A DNA stretch of 32,000 bases from Geotalea daltonii FRC-32 (GCF_000022265.1 NC_011979.1:420001-452000), one strand, 5' to 3'. Shown: positions 21,347 through 30,750, counted from the stretch's first letter. The notes: generated from the letters alone by a model not told the origin. Numbers and translations are program-made.

Positions 21347-24300
21347 TTACTTTTTGTCTGCGTCATATGACATTGCAGCCATTTTTTCATAAAGTTCAAA
21401 GCGCCTGGATGTCCATTGGGTTGCCTGCTTCATCAAAGCGGCTGCAGCTTCGGGATTACTCTTTTTCAAAACACGATAACGGTTTTCACCATAGGCGTAC
21501 TGTTCAAAGGAGATGGTGGGTGCCTTACTGTCAAGCTGCAGCGGATTTTTGCCCTCAGCAGCCAGTTCCGGATTGTACCGAATCAGCGGCCAGTGGCCGG
21601 ATGCAACTGCATTTTTCTGCTCATCCACCGCGGTGGTCATGTCGATGCCGTGGGCAATACAGTGGGCATAGGCGATAATCAAAGAAGGTCCGTCATATGC
21701 TTCTGCTTCAATGAATGCCTTAACAACCTGGGCAGGGTTACTGAGTGCCACCTTGGCCACATAGACGTTGCCGTAGGCCATGGCGATCATGGCCAGATCT
21801 TTCTTGGGCATTGCCTTGCCGCCGGCGGCAAACTGGGCAACAGCCCCAAGAGGTGTCGATTTGGAGGCCTGCCCGCCGGTATTGGAGTAAACCTCGGTGT
21901 CCAGAACCAGCAGGTTTACGTTTTTGCCCGAGGCGATGACGTGGTCAAGGCCGCCGTAACCGATGTCATAGGCCCAACCGTCGCCACCAACGATCCACAC
22001 CGATTTTTTCACGAGATAGTCCGCCAGCGAAATAAGACGTTTGGCCGCAGGCTCTGTGCAAGTTTCCAACCCTTTCTTCAGGGTTGCAACGCGCTCGCGC
22101 TGGGCTTCGATCCCTTCTTGTGTGGACTGATCGGCGTTCCGGATCTCTTTCATTGTGCCAATGAGGGATGCGCATGACTTGCAGCCGCAGTTCATAAGTT
22201 CATCGAGCAGCTCGGTAGCTGCTTCAGTGAATTTATCGACGGTGAGCCTCATACCGAAGCCGAATTCGGCGTTATCTTCGAACAGGGAGTTTGACCAGGC
22301 CGGGCCACGGCCATCGGCCCGCTTTGCCCATGGGGTCGTGGGCAGGTTCCCACCATAGATGGAGGTACAGCCTGTGGCATTGGCAATCAATGCTCTGTCG
22401 CCGAAAAGCTGGGACATTAATTTCAAATAAGGCGTCTCGCCGCAGCCGGCACAGGCCCCGGAGTATTCAAAAAGAGGCCTGATCAACTGGCTTCCTTTCA
22501 GGGTTTCACGTTTGACCAGTTTTGCCTCAGTTTCGGGAAGCGAGAGGAAGAAATCGTAATTTTCTGCCTCGGCTTCGCGGAGGGGCGGCTGGAACTGCAT
22601 ATTGATGGCCTTGTGATTCGGCTTTTCCTTGCTCTTTGCCGGGCAGTTGTGAACACAGGCAGCACAGCCGGTACAATCCTCCGGGGCCACCTGAAGAGTG
22701 AACTTTTTGCCGGCAAACTCGGCCCCTTTGGCATCAACAGACTTGAAGGTTTTAGGTGCCTTGCCGAGGAGCGAAGGGTCATAGGCCTTCATACGAATAG
22801 TGGCATGGGGACAGACGAAGGAGCAGATGCCGCACTGGATGCAGAGAGATTCATCCCACACGGGAATATCGACGGCAATATTGCGCTTTTCGTACTGTGA
22901 TGTGGCAGTGGGGAAAGTGCCATCCGATGGCATTGCCGATACTGGCAGATCGTCGCCACGACCGGCGATGATCTCGGCTGTTACGTCCTGAACAAATGCA
23001 GGGGCGTGGCTGCCGACAACGGGGGGCTTCTTCAATTGGCTGGAGGCGGTCGCCGGGACAGTTACCTGGAAGACGTTTTCCAGGGCAGCGTCGACAGCTT
23101 TGTTGTTCATGTCGACGACTTTTTCACCAGCCTTTCCATAGCTCTTCTTGATGGCATCCTTGATGGCGTCAAGGGCAATTTCCAGCGGGATGATCGAGGA
23201 TATCTTGAAGAAAGCGGTCTGCATGATGACGTTGATGCGCGCACCTAGGCCAAGCTCTTCGCCAAGCTTGATGGCGTTGATAACATAGAACTTAAGCTTC
23301 TTGTCTATGATCTGCTGCTGCACCTCGACAGGCATTTTATCCCAGACCTGATCCTTGTCGAAGGGGGAGCAGAGGAGGAATGTGGAGCCTTCCTTGGCCT
23401 TGGAGAGCATGTCGTATTTTTCCAGGAAGGTGAAGTTGTGACAGGCGATAAAATCGGCACGATCAATGAGGTACGGCGAGCGAATGATATTCTTGCCGAA
23501 GCGGAGATGTGAGGTCGTGACGCTGCCGGCTTTTTTGGAGTCGTAGACAAAATAGGCTTGCACGTTGTTGTCGGTCTTTTCACCGATGATCTTGATGGAG
23601 TTCTTGTTGGCGCCGACGGTGCCGTCAGAGCCGAGACCGTAGAACATGGCGGAATAGGTGCCGGCAGCAGCATTGGCGAAGCTGGGGTCGAAGGCAAGGC
23701 TGGTATTGCAGACGTCTTCCTTGATGCCGGTGACGAAGTTGCTCTTTGGCTTGTCCTCTTTCAGGTTGTCAAAGACCGACTTCGCCATGGCGGGGGTGAA
23801 TTCCTTTGAACCCAGACCATAACGGCCGCCAACAATGACCGGATATTGAGTGAAGGAGGTCTTCTTATCTGCCATAGCTTCGCCGATGGCAGTGCGTATG
23901 TCCAGATAAAGGGGCTCGCCCAGGGAGCCAGGCTCCTTGGTGCGGTCGAGAACGGCTATCTTTTTCACACTTGCCGGAATGGCAGCGACAAAGGCATCAG
24001 TAGGGAAAGGCCTGAAGAGGCGAATCTTGAGGAGGCCTACTTTTTCGCCTTTGGCGACAAGAGTTTCCACTGTTTCGTGGATTGTATCGGCGGCTGAACC
24101 CATAACAATGATAACCCGCTCTGCATCAGCAGCGCCCACATACTCAACCAGCTTGTACTGTCTGCCGACCAGCTTGGCGAACTTGTCCATCTCCTCCTGA
24201 ACGATGCCGATGGTTGGCCCGTAGTATTGATTGACAGATTCACGTCCCTGGAAATAGACGTCCGGGTTCTGTGCAGAACCGCGCATGACCGGATGGTCAG

Positions 24301-24928
24301 GAGATAAAGCCCGTGCACGGTGGGCCAGCACCAGGTCGTCATTGATCATGGCCCGCATATCGTCAAAGGTAAGCTCTTCCACTTTCTGAACTTCATGGGA
24401 AGTCCGGAAACCGTCGAAGAAGTGGACGAAAGGAACTCTGGCGCGCAGGGTTGCAGCCTGGGCGATCAGGGCGAAGTCCATAACCTCCTGGACATTGTTG
24501 GAGCAGAGCATTGCCCAGCCGGTTGAGCGGCACGCCATGACGTCCGAATGATCCCCGAAGATCGACAGGGCCTGTGCGGCAATGGCGCGGGCAGAAACAT
24601 GGAAGACCGTGGAAGTAAGCTCACCGGCGATCTTGAACATATTGGGGATCATTAGCAGAAGGCCTTGGCTGGCCGTGAAGGTGGTGGTGAGAGCACCGGC
24701 CTGCAAGGCGCCATGAACCGCACCGGAAGCTCCGCCTTCCGACTGCATCTCGGTGACCAGCGGCACGGTGTCCCAGATATTCTTTTCGCCGTTGGCGCTT
24801 TTCTCATCGGAGATTTCACCCATTACCGATGATGGGGTAATGGGGTAAATGGCAATAACCTCGTTAGTGGCATGGGCAACGTGGGCTGCCGCGGTATTGC
24901 CGTCGATTGTAACCATTCTGCGACTCAT
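21347..24928 (-). CDS. nifJ: Pyruvate:ferredoxin (flavodoxin) oxidoreductase, single-polypeptide PFOR
   Basis: This is a 1193-aa protein starting MSRRMVTIDGNTAAAHVAHATNEVIAIYPITPSS. It has two ferredoxin-type 4Fe-4S motifs (CIQCGICSFVCP, CTGCAACVHNCP). A TPP-binding region is present (GGDGWAYDIGYGGLDH). GGGAGGAA serves as the RBS. Confidence 0.95.
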   Translation of the reverse strand: MSRRMVTIDGNTAAAHVAHATNEVIAIYPITPSSVMGEISDEKSANGEKNIWDTVPLVTEMQSEGGASGAVHGALQAGALTTTFTASQGLLLMIPNMFKIAGELTSTVFHVSARAIAAQALSIFGDHSDVMACRSTGWAMLCSNNVQEVMDFALIAQAATLRARVPFVHFFDGFRTSHEVQKVEELTFDDMRAMINDDLVLAHRARALSPDHPVMRGSAQNPDVYFQGRESVNQYYGPTIGIVQEEMDKFAKLVGRQYKLVEYVGAADAERVIIVMGSAADTIHETVETLVAKGEKVGLLKIRLFRPFPTDAFVAAIPASVKKIAVLDRTKEPGSLGEPLYLDIRTAIGEAMADKKTSFTQYPVIVGGRYGLGSKEFTPAMAKSVFDNLKEDKPKSNFVTGIKEDVCNTSLAFDPSFANAAAGTYSAMFYGLGSDGTVGANKNSIKIIGEKTDNNVQAYFVYDSKKAGSVTTSHLRFGKNIIRSPYLIDRADFIACHNFTFLEKYDMLSKAKEGSTFLLCSPFDKDQVWDKMPVEVQQQIIDKKLKFYVINAIKLGEELGLGARINVIMQTAFFKISSIIPLEIALDAIKDAIKKSYGKAGEKVVDMNNKAVDAALENVFQVTVPATASSQLKKPPVVGSHAPAFVQDVTAEIIAGRGDDLPVSAMPSDGTFPTATSQYEKRNIAVDIPVWDESLCIQCGICSFVCPHATIRMKAYDPSLLGKAPKTFKSVDAKGAEFAGKKFTLQVAPEDCTGCAACVHNCPAKSKEKPNHKAINMQFQPPLREAEAENYDFFLSLPETEAKLVKRETLKGSQLIRPLFEYSGACAGCGETPYLKLMSQLFGDRALIANATGCTSIYGGNLPTTPWAKRADGRGPAWSNSLFEDNAEFGFGMRLTVDKFTEAATELLDELMNCGCKSCASLIGTMKEIRNADQSTQEGIEAQRERVATLKKGLETCTEPAAKRLISLADYLVKKSVWIVGGDGWAYDIGYGGLDHVIASGKNVNLLVLDTEVYSNTGGQASKSTPLGAVAQFAAGGKAMPKKDLAMIAMAYGNVYVAKVALSNPAQVVKAFIEAEAYDGPSLIIAYAHCIAHGIDMTTAVDEQKNAVASGHWPLIRYNPELAAEGKNPLQLDSKAPTISFEQYAYGENRYRVLKKSNPEAAAALMKQATQWTSRRFELYEKMAAMSYDADKK

Positions 24929-24982
24929 ACTGTTCCTCCCGATTTTTTATTGTTACTTATGCTATTCGTGAAGCTGAGTTAT

Positions 24983-25576
24983 TCATAGTTCGGAGCGTCC
25001 TTCGACAGCCCGCTGAACGGTAGCTGCATCTATAAATTCAAGGTCGCTGCCCAGCGGTATACCGTGGGCAAGGCGAGTAACCCTTATGGATAAAGGTTTT
25101 ATAAGTCTGGTAAGATAAAGAGCCGTTGCCTCACCTTCCACGGTGAAGTTGGTGGCAATGAGCACTTCCCGGATCGCGCCGCTTTCCAGACGTTTCATGA
25201 GTTCTGCGATCTTCAGGTCGCCGGGAGTGATGCCGTTCAGGGGAGATAGCGCCCCGTGCAAAACGTGATAACGACCCTTGAAAGCACGGGAGCGTTCCAT
25301 GGCCAGAATGTCCTGCGGCTCTTCAACAACACAGATGGTGGTGCGGTCCCTTTCGGTAGAGCAGAGATGGCAGGGATCATCTTCAGTGATGCCGAAGCAC
25401 ACAGAACAGAATCGAACGCCTGCCTTGACCTCGAGCAGGCTTTCAGCCAGAGCAGTCAAATTGTCCGGTGATTTGAGGAGGTGAAAGGCGAGCCGTAAGG
25501 CTGTTTTGTCTCCAACACCCGGTAGTTTTTTCAGTTCCCCAAGTAGCCTCGTTAGCGATCTGGAAAAATGTATCAT
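24983..25576 (-). CDS. recR: Recombination protein RecR
   Basis: HhH is present (LKKLPGVGDKTALRLAFHLL). A C4 zinc finger (CSVCFGITEDDPCHLC) and a Toprim region (ICVVEEPQDILAMERS) follow. Confidence 0.95.
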   Translation of the reverse strand: MIHFSRSLTRLLGELKKLPGVGDKTALRLAFHLLKSPDNLTALAESLLEVKAGVRFCSVCFGITEDDPCHLCSTERDRTTICVVEEPQDILAMERSRAFKGRYHVLHGALSPLNGITPGDLKIAELMKRLESGAIREVLIATNFTVEGEATALYLTRLIKPLSIRVTRLAHGIPLGSDLEFIDAATVQRAVEGRSEL

Positions 25577-25750
25577 AGAATTCCCGGAATTAAAACAACT
25601 TTTTATTTTAATGTGAATGAAAGAGTTTGACTATGAATAAAAAAGCACTTAACGGGCTGAAATGACAGAGATTATAAAGGTGGGGAGAAGGTCCGTTCCC
25701 GATTCCCCACAAGCGGCGGAAAACGGACCTGATTCAACGGAAAACAACAA

Positions 25751-26065
25751 TTAAAAAAGACCGGGTATGTTTATGCCGCCGGTGATTTTGCTCATCTGTT
25801 CGGCCATCTCCGATTGAACTTTCGTCAGTGCTTCGTTTACCGCTGCCACGACTAGATCCTGCAGCATTTCAACATCTTCCGGATCAACAGCCTCTTTTTT
25901 TATGGTAAGGGCAAGCAGCTGGTTTTTCCCGTTAACAACCGCAGTAACGGCACCGCCACCGGCAGTGGCTTCCACTGTTTTTTGAGAGGCTTCCTCCTGC
26001 AGTTTTCCCATTTTCTGCTGCATCATCTGCGCCTGCTTCATGATTGACGCCAAACCTTTTGACAT
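25751..26065 (-). CDS. ybaB: YbaB/EbfC family nucleoid-associated DNA-binding protein
   Basis: This is a 104-aa protein (MSKGLASIMKQAQMMQQKMGKLQEE...GGGAVTAVVNGKNQLLALTIKKEAVDPEDVEMLQDLVVAAVNEAL). It sits between dnaX and recR, the classic synteny. Confidence 0.92.
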   Translation of the reverse strand: MSKGLASIMKQAQMMQQKMGKLQEEASQKTVEATAGGGAVTAVVNGKNQLLALTIKKEAVDPEDVEMLQDLVVAAVNEALTKVQSEMAEQMSKITGGINIPGLF

Positions 26066-26133
26066 GTTTACCTCCGTTGTTGGTGATGTTTTTTATTAAC
26101 AATAAACTGGTTTTTGTTCAAACTAAAACGAAG

Positions 26134-27864
26134 TTATTTATTCAGCTCGGATACCTCGTTGACTTGGCCGCCGAAAACTTCCAGAGCGGCATTTATTGCC
26201 GGGTGTGCCAGGGCCTTCTCTTTTAATTGCTGCTTCCGTTTGGTTTCCTCAAGGCTTTTTTTTTCCTGCAGGGATGGTGGGGCACCGACGGTTTCTCCAG
26301 AGAGCGATTTAAATCTGATGGTGGGCTGAGAGCCGAAAAATGCATGGGACAGGGTTTTCAGGTCTTCCATGGAATCTGCATCCTGCATTTTGCTCAGCTC
26401 GAATGACCCCTCGGCATATCCTACTTCCACAAGCTTTCCGGAAACAGTGATTGGTCGGCCAACTTCAAGAAAAGTGGCAAGAACCGGTTTCTTGCCTTTG
26501 ACAAAGGTGACAAAACCGGGCCAGGTTGAATCGACGTGTGGTGCTGCGGTTTCGTCAGCCGTTGGTGCAGATTGTGCGGCTGCTTCTAATGGTTCCCGCT
26601 TGGGCTGACGCTCTTCAATCTTTTGCGGTGGTGAAGGAGTTCTGGTGGTGGCATTCTGTTGTGCCGCAACTGGTTGGGACTTTTCCCACACCGGAGAGGA
26701 AGACGCGACTGATGGCAGTGTGGTGCCGGACTCCAACGCCTTGAGGCGATCAAGGATTTCATTTACCGGAATGACCGGGGCCAGTGCAGCCATTTTCAGC
26801 AGGGCCATTTCCAGGACCAATCTGGCAAAGTTGGAGTGGGCCATTTCGTTTTCGGCCTTGAGGAGAATGGTCAGGTGGCGTTGCAGATCGGCTGTGGCTA
26901 CCGTCGCAGCAAGGTTTTTCAGTTCGCTGCATTCAGTTTCGGAAAGATCCAGAATATCCGATGCATTGTCAATGGCTCGGAGGATGGCCAGGTTTCGGAA
27001 GTGGTCGATAAGTTCCTGGCAGAACTGACGCATGCTGTAGCCGAAGGAATCCACCTGTTTGACTATCTCAAGCACTGATTTGTTGTCACGGGAAAACACT
27101 GCCTGAGAGGCTTCAAGGAGAAGGCGGCGGTCGACTACGCCAAGTAGGCTCGCCACATCATCGTCGGCGACGTTCTCACCACAGAATGCAAGCACCTGGT
27201 CGAGGGTGGAGAGTGAGTCACGCATGCTGCCATCACCCTTGCGAGCAACAATGGCCAGGGCGTCGCTACTTATGGAAACCTTTTCCTGATCGACGATGTA
27301 CCGCAGGCGGTCAACTATTTTCTGCAGGGGAATCCGTTTGAAATCAAAGCGCTGGCAGCGGGACAGGATAGTGATCGGCAGCTTGTGCGGCTCGGTGGTG
27401 GCGAAGATGAATTTCACATGGGCGGGGGGTTCCTCCAGCGTCTTCAATAAGGCGTTGAAGGCGTTGTTGGTGAGCATGTGCACTTCGTCGATGATAAATA
27501 TCTTGTAGCGGCTTTTCGACGGGAGATACTTGACATTGTCCCGCAACTCGCGGATGTCGTCAACGCCGGTATTGGATGCACCGTCGATTTCAAAAACATC
27601 GACTGAGTTGCCGTCGGTGATCTCGGAGCAGGATGGACAGCTGTTGCAGGGTTCAGTGGTCAGGCCATGCTCGCAGTTGAGGGCTTTGGCCAGTATCCGG
27701 GCGGAGCTGGTCTTGCCAACACCCCTGGCGCCGGTAAAAAGAAAGGCATGGGCGATCCTGCCGGTGTCGATGGCATTCTGCAGGGTACGGCTGACGTGTT
27801 CCTGGCCGATCAGGTCACTGAAAGTCTGGGGTCGCCATTTTCGTGCCAAAACGAGATATGACAA
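26134..27864 (-). CDS. dnaX: DNA polymerase III subunit gamma/tau
   Basis: The family N-terminus (M)SYLVLARKWRPQTFSDLIGQEHV begins at TTG 27862-27864, with AAAGAGG 9 nt upstream. Walker A GARGVGKTS, a zinc module CNSCPSC and DEVHML are present. The longer ORF to 27945 would overlap the SRP RNA gene. Confidence 0.9.
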   Translation of the reverse strand: MSYLVLARKWRPQTFSDLIGQEHVSRTLQNAIDTGRIAHAFLFTGARGVGKTSSARILAKALNCEHGLTTEPCNSCPSCSEITDGNSVDVFEIDGASNTGVDDIRELRDNVKYLPSKSRYKIFIIDEVHMLTNNAFNALLKTLEEPPAHVKFIFATTEPHKLPITILSRCQRFDFKRIPLQKIVDRLRYIVDQEKVSISSDALAIVARKGDGSMRDSLSTLDQVLAFCGENVADDDVASLLGVVDRRLLLEASQAVFSRDNKSVLEIVKQVDSFGYSMRQFCQELIDHFRNLAILRAIDNASDILDLSETECSELKNLAATVATADLQRHLTILLKAENEMAHSNFARLVLEMALLKMAALAPVIPVNEILDRLKALESGTTLPSVASSSPVWEKSQPVAAQQNATTRTPSPPQKIEERQPKREPLEAAAQSAPTADETAAPHVDSTWPGFVTFVKGKKPVLATFLEVGRPITVSGKLVEVGYAEGSFELSKMQDADSMEDLKTLSHAFFGSQPTIRFKSLSGETVGAPPSLQEKKSLEETKRKQQLKEKALAHPAINAALEVFGGQVNEVSELNK

Positions 27865-27937
27865 AATGGTTAACCTCTTTGCGCTGGTCACGGTTAGGGT
27901 TAATGGTTTGTGGGAGGGGCACAATCGGGGGAATTGC

Positions 27938-28060
27938 GGACACAACTGATAGCTGGGCGATCCCGCGGCACACGGGTTGAGTTACTGCCGCTGCTTCCTT
28001 CCGGACCTGACGGGGTTCATAACCTTCCGTTGCGAGGGGCCCAGCTATCAGTTGTGCCCG
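27938..28060 (-). ncRNA. ffs: Signal recognition particle RNA (small 4.5S-type)
   Basis: The minus strand reads ...CCCCGUCAGGUCCGGAAGGAAGCAGCGGCAG..., the conserved domain IV with a GGAA tetraloop. It is closed by a long terminal helix: cacaactgatagctggg (27941-27957) pairs with cccagctatcagttgtg (28041-28057). The position directly upstream of dnaX is the conserved location. Ends are approximate, within about 5 nt. Confidence 0.85.
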
Positions 28061-28100
28061 CAAAGGGCTAAGCGGGTACGCCAGTTTTCATGTTTTAATC

Positions 28101-28191
28101 TGGCGGAGAGAGAGGGATTCGAACCCTCGGTACGCTATTAACGTACACACGCTTTCCAGGCGTGCTCCTTCAACCGCTCGGACATCTCTCC
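28101..28191 (-). tRNA. tRNA-Ser (anticodon GGA)
   Basis: The reverse complement is GGAGAGATGTCCGAGCGGTTGAAGGAGCACGCCTGGAAAGCGTGTGTACGTTAATAGCGTACCGAGGGTTCGAATCCCTCTCTCTCCGCCA. It has anticodon loop CTGGAAA, a long variable arm (GTACG/CGTAC), T-loop TTCGAAT and an encoded CCA. Confidence 0.93.
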
Positions 28192-28203
28192 ACGGAAATC
28201 GTG

Positions 28204-28233
28204 ATATTAGTATAGGCTACCATATTTTGTAAA
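28204..28233 (-). promoter_or_regulatory. Candidate promoter for tRNA-Ser/ffs (TTTACA-N18-TAATAT)
   Basis: On the minus strand, TTTACA (28228-28233), an 18-nt spacer, then TAATAT (28204-28209). It lies 12 nt upstream of the tRNA 5' end. Pattern only. Confidence 0.4.
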
Positions 28234-28354
28234 GGTTTTTCTTGCCGCTCCCGGAGTGCCAACGTGGGAACCCATGGCCGGGCGGAAGAAAAACTTGATT
28301 TAAGGCGGCAAAAAATTTAGGATTTCGCCAATTAACATGCACGATGGGATATCT

Positions 28355-30595
28355 ATGAATCTGCTCCACAATCTCAATCCACCCCAGAAGGACGCGGTGC
28401 TCCATGGCGAAGGGCCGCTCCTGATTCTTGCCGGCGCCGGTTCCGGCAAGACCCGGGTCATTGTCCACCGCATCGCCTATCTTATCACCGAGCGAGGCGT
28501 GCCGCCATGGCAGATCCTGGCGGTCACTTTCACCAACAAGGCAGCTGCGGAGATGCGCGGCCGGGTTGAAAAACTGCTCCCTGGCGGCGAAACCCCTCTC
28601 ATTTCCACCTTTCATTCTGCCTGCGCCCGGATTCTGCGACGGGAGATCCATCATCTTGGATATGACTCCTCTTTTGCCATCTATGATGACAAGGATGGTG
28701 AGAAACTGATCAAGGAGATCGTTGCCGAGCTGCATCTGGATGAAAAGCGATTTCCGGCCAAACTGTTCACTGCTGCCATCGATGAGTGCAAGAACGCCGG
28801 CCGTACTCCGGACGATCTGCCGATGGGCGATTACATGGCCGACAAGATTGGGCAGGTCTATGCCGCATATCAGAAACGTCTGCAGCAGTGCAATGCCTTG
28901 GACTTCGGCGATCTGGTGCTGCTGACGGTCCGGCTCTTCGAGGAGTTTCCGGAGGTTCTGGCCCGCTACCAGGATCGTTATCGCTGGATTCAGGTGGACG
29001 AATACCAGGACACCAACCCGATCCAGTACCGGCTGGTGAAGCTCTTGGCCGGCAATCGACAGAACCTTTGCGTGGTGGGAGATGATGACCAGTCCATCTA
29101 TCGCTGGCGGGGGGCGGATATCCGCAACATCCTCGATTTCGAAGATGACTTTCCCCGTGTCAAGGTGGTGAAGCTGGAGCAGAATTACCGTTCGACCAGC
29201 ACCATTCTTTCAGCTGCCGGGGCGGTTGTGGCAAAAAACCGGGGCCGCAAGGCGAAGACCCTCTGGACGGAGAATCCACCGGGGGAGCCGGTCGTTTACC
29301 GGCGTCTGATGGACGAACGGGAAGAGGCGCGCTTTGTTTGCAGGCAGATCGAGCAGTATGTGCGTAAGGGAGGCGACCTGGCGGGTGTGGCAGTCTTTTA
29401 TCGCGCCAATGCCCAATCCAGGGTCGTTGAGGATGCCATGGTGGCCGACGGCATCCCCTATCACATGATTGGTGGCATGCGTTTCTATGCCCGCCAGGAG
29501 ATCAAGGACATCCTTGCCTATCTGCGGGTACTGGTCAATCCGGCCGATGAGGTCTCCCTGAAACGGATCGTCAATACCCCGGCCCGCGGCATCGGCCATG
29601 CTACAATGGAAAAAATCACCGAGCTGGCGCGGCGCAAGGGAATACTCCTTTACGAGGCCCTTTCCGAGGCGGCGGAGGGGGGATTGCTGGCGGCCGGTCC
29701 ACGGGGCAAGATTGCCGGTTTTGTCGAACTTCTGGAGCAGTTCCGGCAGCTCATGGACGCCGTGCCGCTCACCGAACTTACTTCCCGCATCATCCAGGAG
29801 ACCGGTTACGCCATGAAGCTGAAGGAAGAGCGCACCGATGAGGCCCAGGACCGACTGGCCAACCTTGAGGAACTCCTGTCTGCCCTGGAGGAATTCGAAC
29901 GGCGCACTGAAGAGCGGACTCTGGCGGCCTTTCTCGAACAGGTGGCACTGATATCTGACCTGGAGCAGGAAGGGAAGGGAAGTGAGTCCGCAACGCTGAT
30001 GACGCTCCATTCGGCCAAAGGCCTGGAATTTCCCCTGGTCTTCATGATCGGCATGGAAGAAAAGCTTTTCCCCCATTCCCGCTCCCTGGAAGAGCCGGAG
30101 CAGATGGAGGAAGAGCGCCGGCTCTGCTATGTGGGCATGACCCGGGCAAGGGAACGGCTGTTTCTGACCAATGCCAGGCGTCGCCGGATCTTCGGCCAAG
30201 AGCAATACAATCCTCCGTCACGATTTCTCGCCGACATCCCGAGAGAGTTGCTGGATGTGGAAGACGAAGGCTACCAGCAGCCCACCTTCGGCTTTGGTTC
30301 TGGACTGGGGGCAATGCCTCCATGTGAACCTGCTGTCGCAAAGGGACCGGTCCACAATCTGGCCTCGGTTTTCGAGATGGAGCTGGAGCCGGAACTTGCC
30401 AATGAGGTGCAAGTGGTTCCAGATGAGACGGTAGACGGAGTCTGGCTGGGAATGAAGGTGCGCCATGGCAAGTTCGGCGTCGGCACCGTCCGCCGCATCG
30501 AGGGGAGCGGCAATGAACAAAAGGTGATCGTCTGGTTCAATTCTATCGGACCGAAGAAGCTTTTGGTGAAGTTCGCCGGGCTGGAGCGAGTGTAA
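28355..30595 (+). CDS. pcrA: ATP-dependent DNA helicase, UvrD/PcrA/Rep family (SF1A)
   Basis: The product begins MNLLHNLNPPQKDAVLHGEGPLLILAGAGSGKTRVIVHRIAYLI (motifs Q and I). It also has VDEYQDTNPIQY (II), QNYRST, TLMTLHSAKGLEFPLVF and CYVGMTRARERL. A PcrA-type C-terminal Tudor-like tail is present (GMKVRHGKFGVGTV). The alternative in-frame ATG at 28337 adds 6 aa. Confidence 0.9.
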   Translation: MNLLHNLNPPQKDAVLHGEGPLLILAGAGSGKTRVIVHRIAYLITERGVPPWQILAVTFTNKAAAEMRGRVEKLLPGGETPLISTFHSACARILRREIHHLGYDSSFAIYDDKDGEKLIKEIVAELHLDEKRFPAKLFTAAIDECKNAGRTPDDLPMGDYMADKIGQVYAAYQKRLQQCNALDFGDLVLLTVRLFEEFPEVLARYQDRYRWIQVDEYQDTNPIQYRLVKLLAGNRQNLCVVGDDDQSIYRWRGADIRNILDFEDDFPRVKVVKLEQNYRSTSTILSAAGAVVAKNRGRKAKTLWTENPPGEPVVYRRLMDEREEARFVCRQIEQYVRKGGDLAGVAVFYRANAQSRVVEDAMVADGIPYHMIGGMRFYARQEIKDILAYLRVLVNPADEVSLKRIVNTPARGIGHATMEKITELARRKGILLYEALSEAAEGGLLAAGPRGKIAGFVELLEQFRQLMDAVPLTELTSRIIQETGYAMKLKEERTDEAQDRLANLEELLSALEEFERRTEERTLAAFLEQVALISDLEQEGKGSESATLMTLHSAKGLEFPLVFMIGMEEKLFPHSRSLEEPEQMEEERRLCYVGMTRARERLFLTNARRRRIFGQEQYNPPSRFLADIPRELLDVEDEGYQQPTFGFGSGLGAMPPCEPAVAKGPVHNLASVFEMELEPELANEVQVVPDETVDGVWLGMKVRHGKFGVGTVRRIEGSGNEQKVIVWFNSIGPKKLLVKFAGLERV

Positions 30596-30600
30596 GGCAA

Positions 30601-30677
30601 CGTTCGAAGTTCCCGGTTCGATGTTCGGAGTAAAGGAGCGTTCTAAGTTCGAGGTTCTACGTTAGAACCGGAATCCC
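30601..30677. repeat. Two imperfect 28-bp direct repeats, each made of four GTTC-containing heptads; the second ends in a 7-bp inverted repeat
   Basis: The first repeat is CGTTCGA AGTTCCC GGTTCGA TGTTCGG (30601-30628). The second is CGTTCTA AGTTCGA GGTTCTA CGTTAGA (30639-30666). They match at 21/28 positions by eye. GGTTCTAcgtTAGAACC (30653-30669) is palindromic. The element lies between the pcrA stop and a possible gatC promoter (TTGTCA-N17-TACAAA, about 30683-30711). Confidence 0.5.
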
Positions 30678-30750
30678 CTTGGCTTGTCATTTGCCCTTGT
30701 TCATGGTACAAAGGCATGTTTTTCCTTAATAACCCCACTGGAGTCACTAT

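Noticed and set aside
26256-26264. An A9 run (sense strand) in dnaX, considered as a possible programmed frameshift site producing gamma.
   Set aside because: It lies about 40 codons from the C-terminus (QEKKSLEE). The E. coli-type gamma frameshift site is near residue 430, and no downstream stem-loop context was seen.
28217-30205. Minus-strand ORFs (172 aa, 331 aa) overlapping pcrA, together with 31548..31991 antisense to gatA and 21416..22177 antisense to PFOR.
   Set aside because: They are antisense shadow ORFs within genes whose sense frames have unambiguous family motifs.
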